The notes beneath the pieces were generated by a model. That model made no database searches. It saw nothing but the letters and a program-made list of their open reading frames with translations, and was not told where the DNA came from. DNA of 18,454 nt, taken from the NCBI GenBank assembly GCA_937889645.1, contig CALBZE010000083.1, forward strand, positions 1 through 18,454, read 5' to 3'. How positions within the stretch are numbered: the stretch's first letter is position 1; each line of letters opens with the position of its first letter. Source of the stretch: an uncultured bacterium. Lineage in GTDB: Bacteria; Gemmatimonadota; Gemmatimonadetes; Longimicrobiales; RSA9. Of this stretch, positions 16,012 through 18,454 are shown piece by piece. The translations under genes and the position numbers were made by a program.

Positions 16012-17343
16012 TCAGTCGCCGCCAGCCACGACCGGCTCCTTCTCCGCCGGCGCGCCCACCCGCCGGGTGGCGGCGCGGAGGATCTCCTCGACGCTGATGC
16101 CGTACGTCGCCGCGAACTGCTCGAGAATCGAGACGGCGGCGAGCACTTTTTGGTTCGCCGCGTTGGCGAGGCCGTGGCCGTCGCCGGAGTCGACGACGAC
16201 GAGGCGTTCGACGTCCATGTCGCGGACGGCGTCGGCGGTGAGGCCGAGCAGTTGCGGGAGCTTTTCGGCGATGAAGATCGCGAAGCCGTTCGGGCCGCTC
16301 TCGATCTGTTCGCGGAGCGCGCGGAGCGCTTCGGCCTGCGCGCGGCCGGTCTCGATGATCGGCGCGGCGGCGGCCTTGGCGCGGGCCTCGGCGGCCTGGC
16401 GCTCGGCCTCGGCGGGCGCGACGACGTCGGCGGCGAGGCGCTGGCGTTCGGTCTCGACGCGGCGCGCCTCGAGCTCGCGGCGGGCCTCGATCTCGGCCTG
16501 CTCGGCGGCGACGCGGGCGAGGCGCTCGGCGGTCTCGGCGTCGCGGGCGAGCTCGGCCTGGCGCACGCGCAGGCGGTTCTGTGCCTCGGCGATCCGGATC
16601 GCGGCCTCGGCCTCGGCCGTCTCGGCCATCTGCCGGTACTCGGCCTGCATGCGACGGGTCTCGGCCTCGTTCTCGGCCTCGGCGACCTCCGCCTCCTTCT
16701 TCACGATCGCGGTCTTCTTGCGGCCGATCGCATCCAGGTAGCCGGCCTCGTCGGAGACGTTCTGGATCTTCAGCACGTCGAGCGAGAAGCCGAGTTTCTT
16801 GAGGTCCTCCTCCGCCTCGGCGGCTAGGCTCTCCGCGAACTTGAGCCGGTTCTCGTTGACCTCCTCGGGCGTCAGGGTGGCGAGTACGCCGCGCAGGTTA
16901 CCCATCAGCGTCTCGCGCGCGAGCGCGGCGATCTCGCCCTCGCTCTTCCCGAGCAGCCGCTCGACCGCGTTGTTGAAATCCGTCTCCGGCTCCGACGCGA
17001 TCTTCACGTTCGCGATCGCCTGCACCGTGAGCGGGATGTTCCCCTTGGAGAAGGCGTTCGAGACCGTCAGTTCGAGCGGGATCGTCTCGAGCGACAGGTG
17101 CTGGACCCGCTCGATGATCGGGATGCGCAGCGTGCTCCCGCCGATCACGGTGCGGTAGCCGACGATCTGGCCGTCGGGGAGACGTCGCTTGCGGCCCGTG
17201 ATCACCGCCGCCTCGTTCGGCGGCACGATGACGATCAGGCTCTTGATCGCCAGGATCAGGAACAGCACGGCGACGAGGACGACGACGCCGCCGACGATGC
17301 CGACGTTCCCGATGCTCTCCAGGATCTGCTCCATCGCCTGCAC
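16012..17343 (-). CDS. floT: Flotillin-like SPFH/band-7 domain protein (FloT/YuaG-like)
   Basis: N-terminal TM/hairpin. SPFH domain (IVPPNEAAVITGRKRR...LTVQAIANVKI). Long EA-rich coiled coil (AEVAEAENEAETRRMQAEY...). Typical flotillin C-terminus. ggag sits upstream of the ATG. Confidence 0.85.
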   Translation of the reverse strand: MQAMEQILESIGNVGIVGGVVVLVAVLFLILAIKSLIVIVPPNEAAVITGRKRRLPDGQIVGYRTVIGGSTLRIPIIERVQHLSLETIPLELTVSNAFSKGNIPLTVQAIANVKIASEPETDFNNAVERLLGKSEGEIAALARETLMGNLRGVLATLTPEEVNENRLKFAESLAAEAEEDLKKLGFSLDVLKIQNVSDEAGYLDAIGRKKTAIVKKEAEVAEAENEAETRRMQAEYRQMAETAEAEAAIRIAEAQNRLRVRQAELARDAETAERLARVAAEQAEIEARRELEARRVETERQRLAADVVAPAEAERQAAEARAKAAAAPIIETGRAQAEALRALREQIESGPNGFAIFIAEKLPQLLGLTADAVRDMDVERLVVVDSGDGHGLANAANQKVLAAVSILEQFAATYGISVEEILRAATRRVGAPAEKEPVVAGGD

Positions 17344-17432
17344 TCCGGTTCAGAGTGTGAATCCGGGGCGGGTCATGCCCCCGTTCCAAAGCTTCGAGGA
17401 GGGCGCGGCGCGAACCGCCGCGTCGATGCCGA

Positions 17433-17978
17433 TCACGCGTTCGGCTCCTCGAGCGGAGCGACGAGCGCCGTGCCGTCCTCGATCGCGACCACGACGACGC
17501 GGGTCCAGCGCTCCGACCCGGGCGCGTCGGGGTCGAAGGCGCGTGCGCGGAGCTCGAACTCGCGGTTGCCGCGTCGCACGACCACGCGCCCGGACCGGTC
17601 CCGGGCGAGGGCGAGCGAGACGCGGCCCGTCGTGCCGACGAAGCTCTCGTCGGACGGGCGCGTGCCGCTGTCGTGCCTGCGCACGTAGGCGAATGCCGCC
17701 GCCGCGAGGGCGACGGACGTGAAGCCGACGGCGGCTGCGACAATCGCGGCGAGCGCCGATCGCGCACCGCCCCACATCCATTCGAGGAGCAGCCCCGTCG
17801 CGCCGAACGCGAAGACGAAGTAGGTGGCGTTGCGGATCGAGAAGATCCGGAACGCGTCGGTGTCGTCGACGTCGATGTCGGCATCGGCGTCCACGGCGCC
17901 GCCGAAGACATCGCCGAGGGCGGACACGGCGAGGAGACCGCCGCCGACGATCAACGAGAACCAGTAGAGTCCTTCCAT
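17433..17978 (-). CDS. NfeD-like membrane protein (YuaF-like flotillin partner) with a C-terminal OB-fold-like domain
   Basis: N-terminal hydrophobic helices. C-terminal GTTGRVSLALARDRSGRVVVRRGNREFELRARA resembles the NfeD beta-barrel. Sits immediately upstream of flotillin, as in yuaF-floT. Confidence 0.65.
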   Translation of the reverse strand: MEGLYWFSLIVGGGLLAVSALGDVFGGAVDADADIDVDDTDAFRIFSIRNATYFVFAFGATGLLLEWMWGGARSALAAIVAAAVGFTSVALAAAAFAYVRRHDSGTRPSDESFVGTTGRVSLALARDRSGRVVVRRGNREFELRARAFDPDAPGSERWTRVVVVAIEDGTALVAPLEEPNA

Positions 17979-18128
17979 ACGTCGAGCGCCGCGCCGACGA
18001 GGTGTCCCGGTGCTCGCGCGGTCGGCACCGGCGGGACACGCCCTGTCTGGCAGGAGAGGCAGGGCGGAGTTGGTTGGAATATGGGATGATGTGTGTGGGG
18101 GCGCTACGGGGCGGCGGACGGTCTGGGG

Positions 18129-18166
18129 GGTCAGGGCTCAGGGCCTAGGGCTCGGGGCTCAGGGGG
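18129..18166. repeat. G-rich heptad array (GGGCTCA/GGGCCTA), left arm of repeat copy 3
   Basis: ggtcagggctcagggcctagggctcggggctcagggggg. Confidence 0.85.
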
Positions 18167-18204
18167 GCATGGGAACGTTCCAGGGGGTACCCCGGTCTTG
18201 CCGT

Positions 18205-18420
18205 GCGGCCGAAACGTGGCACCCGGCGCCTCCGCCGGCGCCGGCGTGTGCAAACTCAGCACGGAGCGCCCTCTGCGTTCCTCCCCGTTATATTTTTGCG
18301 CATATGGGGTGGCAAACATCCCACCCGTCTCCCGCCTGCTGCATTTGCACGTTAGCGGGGGCAAATCGAGCAAGCGCCTATTCACTCGCCCACGCCTGCC
18401 AAGTTTCCACACCAACGTCG
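18205..18420 (-). repeat. Conserved core of composite repeat, copy 3 (reverse orientation, same as copy 2)
   Basis: Near-identical to 6092-6306 apart from small indels. For example, cggccgaaac...ggcgcctccgccggcgccggcgtgtgcaaac...ggtggcaaacatcccacccgtctcccgcctgctgcattt...gcaaatcgagcaagcg...tttccacac. Confidence 0.85.
18287..18315 (-). promoter_or_regulatory. Candidate sigma70-type promoter inside repeat core copy 3: TTGCCA -17 nt- TATAAC on the - strand, directed toward nfeD-floT
   Basis: - strand -35 is the complement of tggcaa at 18310-18315. The -10 is the complement of gttata at 18287-18292, and the spacer is exactly 17 nt. This is the only AT-rich patch in the region. The homologous positions in copies 1 and 2 are degenerate (TAGCGG; TATTGC with 15-nt spacer). 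Confidence 0.4.
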
Positions 18421-18454
18421 CCCGCGCCCCCGCCCCCCCGCCCCCCCGCCCCCC
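18421..18454. repeat. C-rich (CCCCCCG)n tract, right arm of repeat copy 3 (truncated by the window end)
   Basis: cgcccccgcccccccgcccccccgcccccc. Confidence 0.7.

Noticed and set aside
16012-17978. Flotillin-NfeD pair as something exotic
   Set aside because: Standard yuaF-floT membrane-microdomain operon. The only unusual aspect is the repeat-borne promoter upstream, which is reported separately.
1-18454. CRISPR array interpretation of the heptad/core repeats
   Set aside because: The repeat unit is 7 nt in tandem with no unique spacers of regular length. The 215-bp cores are separated by 6-12 kb of genes, and there are no cas genes.

Overview
This is a very high-GC bacterial chromosomal window (roughly 70-75% GC, phylum not determinable from sequence). 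I support about 15 coding genes, all housekeeping or envelope-type. There is no IS element, CRISPR array, tRNA or rRNA. Genes on the + strand are a secreted coiled-coil protein, a rhomboid protease, a MATE efflux pump and a CPBP intramembrane protease. Genes on the - strand are a hypothetical protein, an LEA-2-like lipoprotein, a CYTH-domain protein, a membrane-anchored SbcC/YhaN-like ATPase, an SbcD/Mre11-like phosphoesterase, a MurE-type ligase, PBP1A, and a flotillin with its NfeD partner. The most unusual content is non-coding: a composite repeat family present four times in 18 kb, always at operon boundaries. Each copy has a G-rich heptad array (GGGCTCA/GGGCCTA, a G3N4 quadruplex motif) on its 5' side and the reverse-complement C-rich heptad array (TGAGCCC/CCCCGTG) on its 3' side. 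These arrays form terminal inverted repeats around a conserved core of about 215 bp. The core occurs in both orientations, and the fourth copy lacks the core. One core copy carries a near-consensus sigma70-like promoter (TTGCCA-17-TATAAC) aimed at the nfeD-floT operon. A second oddity is a 240-bp array of eight or nine tandem GC hairpins, each followed by a G-run, in the convergent gap after the MATE gene. The SbcD-like / SbcC-like (two TM helices, about 270-aa C-terminal extension) / CYTH operon is an unusual variant of the Bacillus yhaONM arrangement. Long ORFs in the six-frame track that run in alternative frames of real genes or through the repeats are rejected as GC-driven artefacts.
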